Of a stretch of DNA of 64,000 nucleotides, positions 23,562 to 35,809 are shown one piece after another (the stretch's first letter is position 1; each line of letters opens with the position of its first letter). Location of the stretch: assembly GCA_028534125.1 (NCBI GenBank), contig CM052816.1, positions 90,026,001 through 90,090,000 of the forward strand, read 5' to 3'. The notes under the pieces are model-generated. The model was not told the DNA's origin. It did no database searches and saw only the letters and a list, made by a program, of their open reading frames with translations. A program made the translations under genes and the position numbers. The stretch comes from Lama glama. Taxonomy: Eukaryota.

Positions 23562-26500
23562 CAGATTGTGGAGAAAATGAGAGAAAAAGGGCTAATGTTG
23601 AATATTATTAAATGCATTTTCTTTCTGTCTTCCTTTTCTTTTCTTTGAATTTTTTTTAAACAACATAAACACCTATTGAGAACGCAGGCCCTCCTTTGTG
23701 CCATGATGTGTCTTCCATTAGTTAGACGATTCTGAGAGTTAAGAAAGCGAATCTAATTTTCTGTAGTACAGAAGAGAGCTTTGAGCAAAGTGGAATATTC
23801 ATTATTCGGGGGTATAATTCAATTCCCATTGTGTCACAAGCAGAAAAATACTTCTTTGGTGATAGCCTTGAATAGGCAGCTTTTGCAAAAATGTAGATCC
23901 TATTAGAAGAGAGTAAGAGATTCCAGAGGATTAAGGGATCTGCAAAGATCATATGCAATCCAGGAAAAAAAACACCACTACAATAGCAGCACGATCTTAA
24001 ACTTCAGTTCTGAAATTAGATATACATGTTTTCCACATTCTTTTCAAACATTTCACGTTGCCACAGGCCGTCAGGAATCATGTCACATCAAGCTGTTTGT
24101 AAACCCACGATGCTGTTCAAAATTCTGTAACGGGTAGAAGTATGCTTTGTTAAATTATATCTGTATGATCATTGTAGTCAAATAGGGTCTAACTGTATGA
24201 ACTGAAAGGGATCCCACAGTTGGAATAACACTAGTCGTTTGTAATAACCACACAGTCAGCAGTAGAGTGAATGGTCTTTGCTCCTCATCACAATAATGAT
24301 CACACAGGCCACACCAACGCTTTAATTCAGGACAGTGCAATGGTACCCCTGGAGTTTTCCCAAATTCCTCGGGTGTTCTTTCAAACCTTCTACAATCTAT
24401 TAATGACGTAGCCTTAGTGGGGAGCTTTCCAGACCTGCCAGAGCTCCAGCCAATAGTAACTAATCCCTACCTACCTTGCTGTGGGGCGGCCAGTGTAATA
24501 TAAGAATTCCAGAATCTGAAGAGAGTTGTCTGAGGCGTATAAATCACCACCTTTAAAAAGAACCAACGTTACATTCCCTTTGGCTGAATTTTTATAGTCT
24601 GTGTGATTAACTCTTACTGAAACACTCTTTCTAGAGGGTAAGAATGAGGAGGCACAACACAAAGGCAAAAGTAAAATCTTAGTATTTAAATCCAAGTAAC
24701 CTTGCTTTAACTCAGTGTGTTGCCCTGAGGGTACCGAGCCCAGCAAGCTTCAGACCCCTTACCTGTACAGGCTCCTATAAAGGCCCGAGGAGAGACCCCA
24801 GCAGGGATGATATGATATGACCATGACTTTTTTTGTATATTTGTAATCTTGTAAATTTTTAAACTAGACTAAGTCTATCGTCTCCTGCCACTTAACCCCT
24901 ACTTTTCTGCATCCTTCCTCTCCTGTCCATTACTGCTGAATGACCGTAAGTACAACTGAAATGCAATAAAGGATTTGGGGGTACACTTAGTTTGGGTTTA
25001 GTGGAGAGTATTTACAGAGTTCACAGTTCTGAGCAGAGTGAATTTATCGCTTGGCTCCACTGGGTAAGGGCTGCCACGGACAAGCCAATATTCCCTGTAC
25101 CAACTCACTGCGCTTGGGACATGCCAGCGCTAGCCCCGAGGATGCTCTGTGATGTGAGACATGCCCTGCAGCCCCCAGCCCCAGGTGTGCGAGGGCAGTG
25201 AGAGAGCAACCAGACTTGGAACGGAGGGAGTCCGGTGCAGCCTGCAGAAAATGCTCCTTGTTATCGGCAATGGAAAAACGTGGTGGATTCATTTCTCAAC
25301 AAAACCTCTCAAAATGGAAGTTCACTTGTCCTAGAAATATATTTCAAAATAAGGTGCATAACAGAATGTGCTAGACATTTAAAACAATCTTTTCTGATGG
25401 GAATATTGCACAACAGGATGAACTGGAATTCCTGTAAGGAATTGCATAACCTGCCACCCACATCAAAACGGCTCACACGTGAAAAAAACCTAATACATGT
25501 TCTCTTGAATTGTCAATCCTAAAATTATATCTGACGTTTCCAATAAAAAGGTGGGAAAGTGAAAGAAAACTTTCTAAACTAGCAATGATAAAAAATAAAT
25601 TATGACCAAGTATGATCATACATGATAATTACCAGATAGTAAGTTTATAAAGGTGTCTCTAGCCAAAGAATTAGGAGAGAAAAGTATGGAGAGGTCTGAA
25701 AAATATTGAAATTTTAAAAATTAAAATGCTGACTAAAAATTTTTTGATTAATAAAAATATTAAAATAATTGTCTGGATGTAGTGATTTTTTTTGGTCTGT
25801 TTTTGACAAATTGTAATCCTTATTCCTTTTCTCATCATAAATATTTTCATTTCTAATTTAACTTTCTGGTTGTTACTTTGTATCATTTTCCTTGAGGAAA
25901 ACACTTAATACTGTATGAACCTCACACTCCCACGGTTCCTGAATCTGCCCTACAGTTGTGTTAGCAGTACTGTTGTTAATGTTGTTTTATAATCAGAAAA
26001 CCCACTTCTGGCGATGGAAACTGTAAGCTTGGAGCTCTGGGTCTAAAAATCACTTTCTACTTGAAAAATAAGTGACTTTTATGAGAAAATGAAAAATTCC
26101 AAGTTAAAAGCTATGTTAAATAATGATTTTTTCTATTTCTGGAATGATTTTAATTAGATCATTCAATGGATGCCAACTGAGATAAAAGGGGAAGATGACA
26201 ATAACTCCAAGCAAATGTCATCAGAAATTTATTCTTCAAGGCTACAAGTTGCCCAAAATAATGTGACGACATCATTTGCAGTTGCCTAAGAGCCCAGTCT
26301 TGAAGCCAGGGCCTCTGCATCTTCTGAGCTGAGGGAGTAATAGGTACTACTAGATTTTCCTGGATTTCCCAGGCTCCAGTGTCCCACATCTTTAGTGAGA
26401 CCCAGAGAAGTGGAAAGAAGTTACTAGAAAACCCAGTGAAAAATATGTAGACTGTTGTCTCAGGTTGCCTGGATGTGGGGAGGGAGGGCCAGGTACGTGT

Positions 26501-27186
26501 GAGCTGGGACTCTTCCGGGAAGGATGTGCTGGGAAAGTTTCCCCCAAATTGGGCTTCTCGAATGGAAAGCCAGATAAGCCTGAAACCCAAGGCTGCAGGA
26601 CGAAGACCAAGAGAACCTAAGATCCTTGTACCTGCAAGACAACAAACCTTATAGGAAGTGACAGAGGAATTATCTCTGGTTGGGAAAACTTAAAATTTTT
26701 ACAAGTTGAGACAGTGACAACTTTCCTGCATTAGTGCATAATTAGTACAATCACAGAACATCCCACGGAAAATAAGATCCCCTCACATTTGCAGCCCCAG
26801 GAAACTTGGTAAACTGAAGCCGATGTATTCCTGAAGACATCGTGGATCTAATCACATATAACCTGCCACAGCCAGTTGCCCCACTTAGCTGCAGGCAGTA
26901 AGCCCACTCCTACTCAATTTGTTCTCATTTTGGAGAAAACCATATCCCAAGTGCAGAGATCCAACTTAGACACCTCCTCAAAGATACCTGGAAAGAACTG
27001 ATACTGTGTTTCATTGCTGCACTTTTTTGAGAACTTATACTGCGAAAGGAACAAGTGACCACTTCAGAAAATAAAACAGTGGGTGATACACAATGGCAGG
27101 ACTCATTTTCACTACATAATGACTGAGGTAAGACACTCCAACCACACACAAAAGCTGTGCTCTAAGCAGGGTGTGGTTAGTAAATT

Positions 27187-27248
27187 ATTGGGTAGCACCA
27201 TATGAAGTTGCTACCATTCAACTGTTTTTGATATACAAAAAATGGCAC
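27187..27248. mobile_element. MADE2-like mariner MITE (partial)
   Basis: gggtagcaccatatgaagttgctaccattcaactgtttttgatatacaaaaaatggca resembles the recalled MADE2 consensus. Confidence 0.55.
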
Positions 27249-27949
27249 ATAAGAATACAGATCGACTCAAAACAAACTATAATATTTGCTTGGAGATGAT
27301 AATCTGAACACATTGTGAGATTTCTCCATTCCTAGAAAATCTGCAGCAACAATAGTAAATCATGAAAACACCTCTGCGCAACCACACAGGCATATGTTCG
27401 TGGAGAGACAAACTAGCAAACAGGAAGTAGAATTTGGCACATGACAGATAATACAGGAGAGGAAATTAGCAGCTTAGAACTGACTGCTGAGCACAGCCAC
27501 TAACAGTGGGCACAGCAACAAAGGTATTCAATTCGTGGAGGAGATGGATGGATGCAGAGAACCAGAGAATCCCCAAGGCCAGGCAGCAACGTGATGGACG
27601 GCTTCTGCCCTTAGTCTGGGGAGAAGGAACAAGGTTCTGCCTGCAACAAAAGCAAAAGAAACCCAGAAGGATAGGACATCCTCCCTGATGCGTGGTGACC
27701 CATAGAAGTAATAAGAGCACTAGCATGCAGAAAAATATAGACTAAGGTATTTCATTCTTAGTATACTCTTAAACTATCACACCTCGGGTGAGGATGTTAA
27801 AAATAACAGTGTTTCCCAAACGTGGCCACAGGCTGTACACAAAGATGGCAGAAACAATGTCACTGCCAACAGAAGGGCAAGGTCACAAACCAACAGATAT
27901 TTAGGCAAAGCCAAAATTGGCAAACAAGGATAAGAAGGAGGAGATCCCA

Positions 27950-29210
27950 TATCTCTAAAAAAAGAATCAATAGAAAACAAAATATGGCACTAGTTTAAGA
28001 ATCATCAATATATTCAGAAAGGTAATTGAGGAGGACACATTCAAGAAATAAGATAAGGCTGCCAACTAAAAATATTGTAGATGTTGTATATCAGTATTTA
28101 TATGTACACATGCATTGCCCATAAGCTTTTAAAGTTTAATGGTGGTCTGAATGGGTGGATAAGAATAAAAATAATGATCATGTAAAAGATCATGCTGACT
28201 AGTTTTCCTGGGATGCAATACAAAAGTGATAAAGAGGAGGAAAGGCAAAAAGAAAACTCGAGTTACATAAATCACGCTCACAAGTCCTAGCGTCTGCCTC
28301 TGTACAGAACTAGAGAAGAGAAATGGGGAGACGAAAGTATTTTTTTTAAAAGCAGCATAGCCACGAATTCTGAGGAACTAATATCTGGGTACTTAGACTG
28401 AAACGTTCCACTGAAGGCCAACCCAGATATAAAACTGAAAACAATCAGCACCTGGACAAATACCAGATCCTGAAGGACTAAGTGATAAGAGAGGGGAAAA
28501 AAATCTAGGAGCTTCCAAGGAAGAAAAAAAAAAAACTTCCCAGAGCAAAACAAGAGCCAGACTGACATCAAACTTCTTATCAGCAACGCTGTCTGGAAGA
28601 AGACTGTAGCATAATATACATACAAAGAGTGGAAGGTAAAGTGTATTTTTAAGTCTTAGCCAGAATTATAGACTCAGCCAATTTTTGGAAAACTCAAGTC
28701 TGGAAAACAAAACAAACAAAACCATCAAGAAGCTATAAGAATCATAAACCCATACATCTGAAACATAATATAACCTCAAACTATAAAAGTCAGAAACGAA
28801 CCAAAAGTAGAATTAGAAGCTGACAGACTAGTAAGCATTGTGAATGTCTTTAAATACAGCTCTCAGAAAAGAAAAATCAAGTACAAAACTACAAAGAAGA
28901 TAATAAACACATTAAAAAACCATTACATGTGTATTAACAAATACAAGGGAAATATCGCCAAAGAGAACGTGTCATTGGTGAAAAAGAAAATCTTAATGTA
29001 TTCCTCAAAATGATACATTTAAGCCATGTTCACTAACCACAGTATCATAAATTGAGGAATCAAATACAGGAGTTAGAAAAATATTAACAAAAAAGCCAAA
29101 TACTTGGGAATTTCAAAAATACATTCTTAAATTCTGCCTGCTTTAAAGATTACAAATGGAATATATTTATCAAATGCTGTGGATTATCAAAAAAAATGAT
29201 TTGTAGGAGC
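27950..29210 (+). mobile_element. Ancient L1 relic (ORF1 C-terminal half and ORF2 endonuclease fragments)
   Basis: cagactgacatcaaacttcttatcagcaacgctgtctggaagaagactgtagc corresponds to ORF1 'RLTSDFSSATLEARRQW'; downstream catgttcactaaccacagtatcataaa is EN-like. Confidence 0.6.
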
Positions 29211-29231
29211 ATTTGTTTTAATTTGTGGAGC

Positions 29232-29612
29232 TGTCAATCTAACGTGGAAGCAGATAATATGAAATGGAGAATCTCATTCAGGCACCCTCAGAAGAACAGA
29301 ACTTAAGAACTGAGAGATAGATTTCCTGCAAATGCCTGATTTACAGAAGATGGAGACGCATGTCCTGACCAAAGAATATCCCAGGAATCCCTTCCCATCC
29401 TCAAGCCAGTGAACTCACTGTTTGGACTCTGTCTGGACTTCCCCTGTTCAGCTCTGCTCCCACAAGTCCTGCCCAACCCCCTCAAATGCTCCATGGATTT
29501 TCTTGCAACTGGTTATGGCGTGCATTTCCTGAATCGCAGTCCCCCTGCCATTCCCAAATGAACTCAACTTCTGGTCATTTGAGCTTGCCTCAGTTTACCT
29601 CTTATGTTGACA
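29232..29612 (+). mobile_element. ERV-type solo LTR (about 380 bp)
   Basis: Inverted termini tgtcaa...ttgaca and an LTR-like U5 (ttcccaaatgaactcaacttctgg); no clear TSD. Confidence 0.55.
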
Positions 29613-30874
29613 AATTGAAGAGGGCAGGAAAAAGAAAAAAGAAAAACCTAGCACAACCAATAAATATGTCAAAATGTGTTAAACAGATGGAGAACAAAAT
29701 GGAAGGTTGTTTTCAAAAAGCTGATGTGTCTGATTGACCTTTGCAAACAATAAGGAAAAATTGAGAGAAGTTAAAAAGTAACATCTGAGTGAAAAATAAT
29801 GACAAAAGTATCTGAAATATAAAAAACAAATATTGCAACATCAAAGTGTAAAAATTGAGATGAAATGTCCAAAAAATGTACATGACTAAACATACACACA
29901 CAAATTTTGATAGATAAATACTAAGACAGCTACCTTTTAAAAAAGTATAGTATTTCAGTTTTATTTTGCAATAATTTAGATTTACAGAAAAATTATAAAA
30001 CTTGTACAATAAGTTCCCATCTGTCTTTCATTTAGCTTTTCCTAATATTGGATCTTGCATAACATAGTACTTTTAGTAAAACTAAATCATCAACATGGAT
30101 ATAGTGAACAAAACTGAAGACTTGCTTGGGTTCCACAGTACTTCCACTTTAGTTTTTTCAGTTCCAGGATCCTACATTGCATTTAGTTGTCATGTCTCCT
30201 CAATCTCCAATGTATGAAAGTGTCCTGTGTTTTCTTACTTTTTCATGACCTTGACATTTTTGAAGAGTTGAAGTACATTATTTTGTAGAATGCCCTGCAA
30301 TTTGGGTTAGTCTTATTTCTCTCATGCTTAAACTATGGTTATGCATTTGGAGCAAGAATATCACAAAAATGATTCATCCTTCTGAGTACATCAACCCTCC
30401 AGGAGATTGTGATGTTGATATTGACGGCTTGACCTTGACCATTTAGTTAATCCAGTGTCTGCTGGGTTTCTCTACTGGTAATTCCTGTTTCTCCCTTTGT
30501 AATTAAGAAGTAACCCAATTTTTCTCACCATCTTTTTTTGTAATTAATTTTTCTCACCATTAAGTTTAGCATCCATTTGTAGAAACTGACTGCAAAATTC
30601 AATGTTCTGTTAATGGTGATTTTCTTTTCCTTCACTATTTCCTTCATTTTTTTCCATATTCATTAAAGTTCTTCTGAGAGGGAGAGCTGTCCCTTCTTCC
30701 TCATTTAATTATTTAAGTATTTACTTTTACCAATGTGAACTTACAAATGCTTACTTTACTCTGTGGATTTTATCCAATATTATTATATTTATTTTAATGC
30801 TTAAATCATTCCAACTTTGCCTATTGGGAGCTTTTACAGGTTGGCTTCTAAGCTCTTTCAACATTTATTCCCTT

Positions 30875-31019
30875 TCCTCTTTTTTTGTACTTTATTGGTG
30901 ATAATTAACAAATATAATTGTGTATATTTGAAGAATATAACATGATGATTTGTTATACATGCATATTGTGATATGATTACTAAGGTCAAGATAATTAACG
31001 CACTCATCACCTCATAGTG
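30875..31019 (-). mobile_element. L1MA-like 3' tail nested in the older L1
   Basis: aattaacaaatataattgtgtatatttgaag...gataattaacgcactcatcacctcatag; TSD-like aacatt(t)tatt at 30860-30869 and 31020-31030. Confidence 0.65.
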
Positions 31020-31281
31020 AACATTTTATTATTTTGAATAATTCTTTACTTTTCAAAACTGTATCTTCTTCCCACATTTATCTTGTATTTACCCTGCTCT
31101 AGGCCTGGAATCTACCAGTTCCCTAAGCAATCCTGGATCCTTTAAATGGAAAATAATATTTAGAAGCAAAGATTTGGGCTCTAGGTATGCTCATTGCAAC
31201 TAGAGTATCATCGAATTTAGACCTGAGAGGATAGAACAAGGACCATGTATGAATCTCTACCAACCAATGCATACACAGACA

Positions 31282-31282
<1 letters not shown>

Positions 31283-31330
<48 letters not shown>
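31283..31330. repeat. (TATC)12 tetranucleotide repeat
   Basis: Read directly. Confidence 0.97.
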
Positions 31331-31368
31331 ATCCATCATCTATAATTTTAAAACATAGGTTTTTTAAA

Positions 31369-31490
31369 GACTTCAAGATGGTGGAATAGAATGATGTGGA
31401 GCTCACCTTCTCCCACATACATCAAAAATATGTCTACATGTGAAACAGTTCTCACAAATACCTACTGAACTCTGGCAGAAGATCTCAAAC
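31369..31490 (+). mobile_element. L1 5'-UTR start fragment (laurasiatherian/cetartiodactyl type)
   Basis: gacttcaagatggtggaatagaatgatgtggagctcaccttctcccacatacatcaaaaatatgtctacatgtgaaacagttctcac matches a recalled L1 5' terminus including the YY1-type AAGATGG motif. Confidence 0.7.
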
Positions 31491-32832
31491 AATCAAGCTT
31501 TTAATGACACCTCTGATTCCATATCTACTTAGGGTTGGTTCTAGACTTCACCTTTCCTTATTTCTATCTGCCCTAAGAGTAAGAAATATCTCTCTCATTA
31601 CATACAAGATATTTATTTACTTGTTCCATCCTAGTATATGCAAAACATAGTTTTCAGGATTCCCATACTCATATTCCTGGAAAAAAACAGATTTATTAAC
31701 CCAAATAAAGATCTTATATGTTTTTTAGTGGGTATTTTCTTTTTTAGTGTTTTTAATGTTTTTCTTTCTTTTGTCTTAGAGCAACCCATCAAAATTCTGG
31801 TTTCCAAAGTTACTTAGGTTACATATTTTTTTCCCCACTCTCAATATGCTTCTGTTTTTTATTTGTATTCTTTCCATATTCTGTTTTTTTTTTAATTTAC
31901 ACAGAGTAAAATTCACTCTTTGTGCAGTTCAGTTGGTCTTGACAAATGTGTAGAGTCTTATTCACCAGAGCTGTGCTGCAGGAAAATTCTATACCACAGG
32001 TATTGCCTTCTGATGCTCGTCTTTAACCACACCCTCCCTCCACCCCTGGTGAAAACTGATTTTTTCTGTTTCCACAGTTTTGCCTTTTCCAAGTTATTTA
32101 AATTGAGACAAATAATATGTAGTTCTTGAGTCTTTCACATAGCAAAATAAATTTAGATAAATTCTTTGATGAATCAATAATCCATTCTTCCTTTTTAATT
32201 GCAGAATAATATTTCTTTGTATGGATGTGTTAAACCTCCTTTATTTATCCAACAAATGAAAACCATATGAGTTGTATATAATTTTTGTTTGATTATGAAT
32301 AATGTTGCTGTAAACATGTGTATTTAGATTTTGTGTGAACATAAGTTTTCATTTACCTTGGGAAAACACCAATAAGTGGGATTGCTGGGTCATATGAACA
32401 TGTATGTTTAATTCTGTGATAAATTACCATATTGTTTTCCACAAAGTGCCATTTTGCATTCACAGCCTCAATATATAAGAAGGGTGTAGGTGGCCCATAT
32501 CCTCACCATCATTTTGTTATTGTCATTGTTTTTTTGATTAAACAGTCCAAGTGTGTAGTAGAATATCAGCTTTGTTTCCACTTCCATTTGCCCAATGAAT
32601 AATTTTTTGAATAATTATTTCATGTGCTTTTTGCCATCAGTAAGCCTTATCTGATGAAGTGTCTATTTATATAGTTTGTTCATTCTTTTTATTTGGGTTG
32701 TTTTTTTTTATTATTGAGTTTTGGTGTTCTTAATTCTGGATACACGTACTTTGTGAGAAAAGTGATTTAAACATCTCAGTCTATGGATAATCTTTTAAAT
32801 TTTTTAACAATGTCTTTCACATAGCAAAGACC

Positions 32833-32842
32833 TATCTATCTG

Positions 32843-32892
<50 letters not shown>
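32833..32892. repeat. (TATC)2 TGTC (TATC)12 repeat
   Basis: Read directly. Confidence 0.97.
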
Positions 32893-32896
<4 letters not shown>

Positions 32897-33518
32897 CATA
32901 TACATATTGTTTTATCTAAAACAAAAGTACATGGGGTCTAGAATACCTGATCTAAATTTCTTGATGCTAGACCTCAATGAATAAAGACCCAGAAAAAGAC
33001 CATTATTATTGTTATTTTTGACTTAGTGCAACTGAGCTTTTTTTGGTAGAAAGATTGATGAAAATATAGATATTACACCAGAAACTCACAAATTTCAAGG
33101 ATGCCGTTGAAGCTTATGCAGCCATAAAGATCATGTATATGATGAGCTGGACTTACAAGCAAAGGAAGTAACATTTTGTTTAATTATAGTAAATTAAAGT
33201 CCTTGTATCAAAAAGTGATGCAAGTTAAAGGAGACATGACTTCCCGGGTAACGATTTTAACATGGACAGGAACCATCTAACACCTGAACTAATTTAGATA
33301 TATCCTTACTTTTGCAAATGATATGATAACGGCTCTCTATCATCTTATGGTATCTAGTTCTGTGTCACAAAGAAAGCTGAGCTGTGCATCCAAAATTTAA
33401 TAGCATTATGGCATCTCTCAAATTTTCGCAGAACTGTAAATAGAAATCAAAAGAGCCTACACATCTGAAATTTTCAAAGGCAACATCTGGGTATTTGAAA
33501 ATGCATTTTTCTAAAAAA

Positions 33519-33534
33519 TCCAGTAGATGGCATA
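33519..33534 (+). promoter_or_regulatory. Candidate CTCF motif
   Basis: tccagtagatggcata fits the CCASYAGRKGGCR core. Confidence 0.3.
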
Positions 33535-34249
33535 AATACGCCTATTTCCCAGTGTTGACTAGCATTAGTAATCCTGAGAAGGATGCCCTAGCTCTCCAGA
33601 CAGAAGGAGGAGGTTGGGGGGGGGGGTGTTCTCAGATGCTGCAGAGAAAAGGCTGACACAGGTCTTGATTTGGAAAAAGGCCTCAGCTTTTGTAAACAGA
33701 AATGACTTTCTTGATCTGTTAGCAGTTGGTGACTTTAGAGATTTTGTAGGAACGGGGATAAGAGTTACCTTTGTTCCTTACATATACATGTATCTTCAAT
33801 GAAATTAATTATTCTTAAATACACATATATTTTAAAGAAATATAATTATGAATGTGGCATAGTCCCACTAAACTCATGGAAATTAATTGCTGAGGGTTTG
33901 CAAATAAACACTAATTAAGTAATGCAGCCGACATGGGGAAAGAATTTATATTTGGACCTAAGGGATTGTTCAGATTCTTGACAGTTTCTCACATAAGAAA
34001 TTATAAGCCAGATCACATAATTTTAGCCATTGTCATCAATTCATGTTTTCCTTGGTCCTATGGCTCCAGTCCCTCCACATCACCTAAATATTCAATCCTT
34101 TAGTATTTCTTTTTTATACCATGCTGTCTATTTATCCTAAAAAAAAAAATGCTTATAGTCAGTAGATAATAGAGTAATTGTCCCCATAAGGATGTCACTC
34201 TCTGTATGTTCATAAAAATGCCTGCATATACTCACACATCACTGCATGA

Positions 34250-34740
34250 CTTCTGTTATCAGTTAGCCTCTTTTAGAGCACAAATTTTGAGCAAGAAGGG
34301 GTTTATCTCTTCTACAGCAGGAAGTTTGGATAAAGGCTATTCTTGGATTGATTCAGTGCTTGATGATGTCACCAAGACTGGTGTTTTTTTTTTCCTCTCT
34401 GTCCACCTTTCCATCCAGTCTGTAAGCAACTCCTCTCATGGTCATAGGTCACAGGTAGCTTCTCCACATCCAGCCTCTTCCCACGGCCGAGTCTCTGAGC
34501 ACGCCTCCCCTTTCAGTAATGAAGAAAAATTTCTGGAAAAGCCCAGGAGATGCCCCCTTACATCTCATTGTCTAAGGCTGTGTACGGTGTGTGAGGATAC
34601 CTAATTTGATTAAACTAAGTACAATTTATCTCCTGGTGAAGGGTTGGACCTCACGGCACATGATCTCATAGCACGTAAACACAGCCAGGGCATGAAAGGA
34701 AGGAAGGAGGCTGCTGGGCCGGCAACCACAGCGAGCAGCA
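34250..34740. mobile_element. MLT1-like LTR relic
   Basis: gattgattcagtgcttgatgatgtcaccaagac...cccaggagatgccccttacatctcattgtc...ctgggccggcaaccacag are MLT1-type motifs. Confidence 0.6.
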
Positions 34741-34759
34741 TCCTTTATACTCAGCTCTC

Positions 34760-35045
34760 ACGTCACAAAGGACCATATTAAGAGGCCTCCTCTGACCACC
34801 GACAGGGACCCCACCCCATCCCGTCACCCATGCCACCTTGCCCTTGTCCTTCATCTTGACTTCGTAACTTCCAGAACATATTTTCTTTCAACAATCTTTT
34901 TTAATGTTTCTATGCTTCCCCTTAGCCTGCTGCAAAGTAAGTCCCTTTAGAGCAGAAATACTGTCTGCTCATCACATCCCCGGTGCTTGGAGCAGCTCCT
35001 TGTACCCACCAGATGCAGTTATTTGAGAAATAATGGATGGATGTA
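34760..35045 (+). mobile_element. L2 3'-end relic
   Basis: gaggcctcctctgaccacc...agagcagaaatactgtctgctc...tatttgagaaataatggatggatg. Confidence 0.55.
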
Positions 35046-35775
35046 AATATTAATAAAAGCCACTGATCTTTACTGGCTCTCTCTCTCTCTCTCTCTCTTT
35101 TTTTTTTTTCTTTGACAGTATGGAGTCTAGAAGAGGTTCATGAGGAAGGATGTTTTTGTCTCAAAACATGTTTCTGGCATGAGATGAAGATCACTATGAA
35201 ATCTGATAAACACTAGAGAACATCAGAACTGGAAGGAGGAGCTGGAAGGTGGTGGTTTGCTCTGCAAACACATTGTCTCGATATCCATTAGGAGGATAGA
35301 TTTGGCTGGACTACAGGTCAATAGATAGGAAGACTGGACCCTCAACTGGGGAAAAAAGTACATCTGGAAATGATGATGAGGGCTTGACTTTTAGTAGAAA
35401 AAGAACTTTTCTGTGTAGTTGCTTCTGGCTGTTATTACTAGCTGTGTTATGTTGAGCAAATTACAGATTTTCTGAAAATCTTAGTAGCATTATCTCTAAA
35501 CTGTGGTTGCAGGATTTGCAGGATCTGATGGAAAGAACACAAGAGTTGAGATCAGAGATCTGAGTTGGAATGCTGACTTTAGCAATAAGGAGCTTTTTTC
35601 TTCTTTTTTAACCATACATAAGTTTCTTGTTCTCTCTGAATCTTAGCTTCTTAAAGTGTTACGAAGAGATTTAGAATATCAAATAATACAATGGACTCTT
35701 CCGGTCAATTATAAATGTTTGAACTATGTGAATCCAACTTTCCCAAATTTTACAAACTGGTAACTAATTCATTAA

Positions 35776-35777
<2 letters not shown>

Positions 35778-35807
<30 letters not shown>
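35778..35807. repeat. (AC)15 microsatellite
   Basis: Read directly. Confidence 0.96.

Positions 35808-35809
<2 letters not shown>

Larger units (their letters stand above)
29950..32830 (-). mobile_element. Old L1 (L1MC/MD/ME-like) 3' region, with nested insertions
   Basis: Antisense 3' UTR motifs (aataatttagatttacagaaaaatt..., ttttcatgaccttgacatttttgaagag) and ORF2 3' motifs (aagtgggattgctgggtcatatg, ctgatgaagtgtctattt). Confidence 0.75.

Noticed and set aside
24475..24515. ILEFLYYTG resembling the BTB-domain 'LLEFLYTG' motif
   Set aside because: Too short, has an extra residue, and no other BTB-like sequence is nearby.
26159..26645. Overlapping 143/72/61-aa ORFs
   Set aside because: No recognisable domain or codon signal; compatible with chance.
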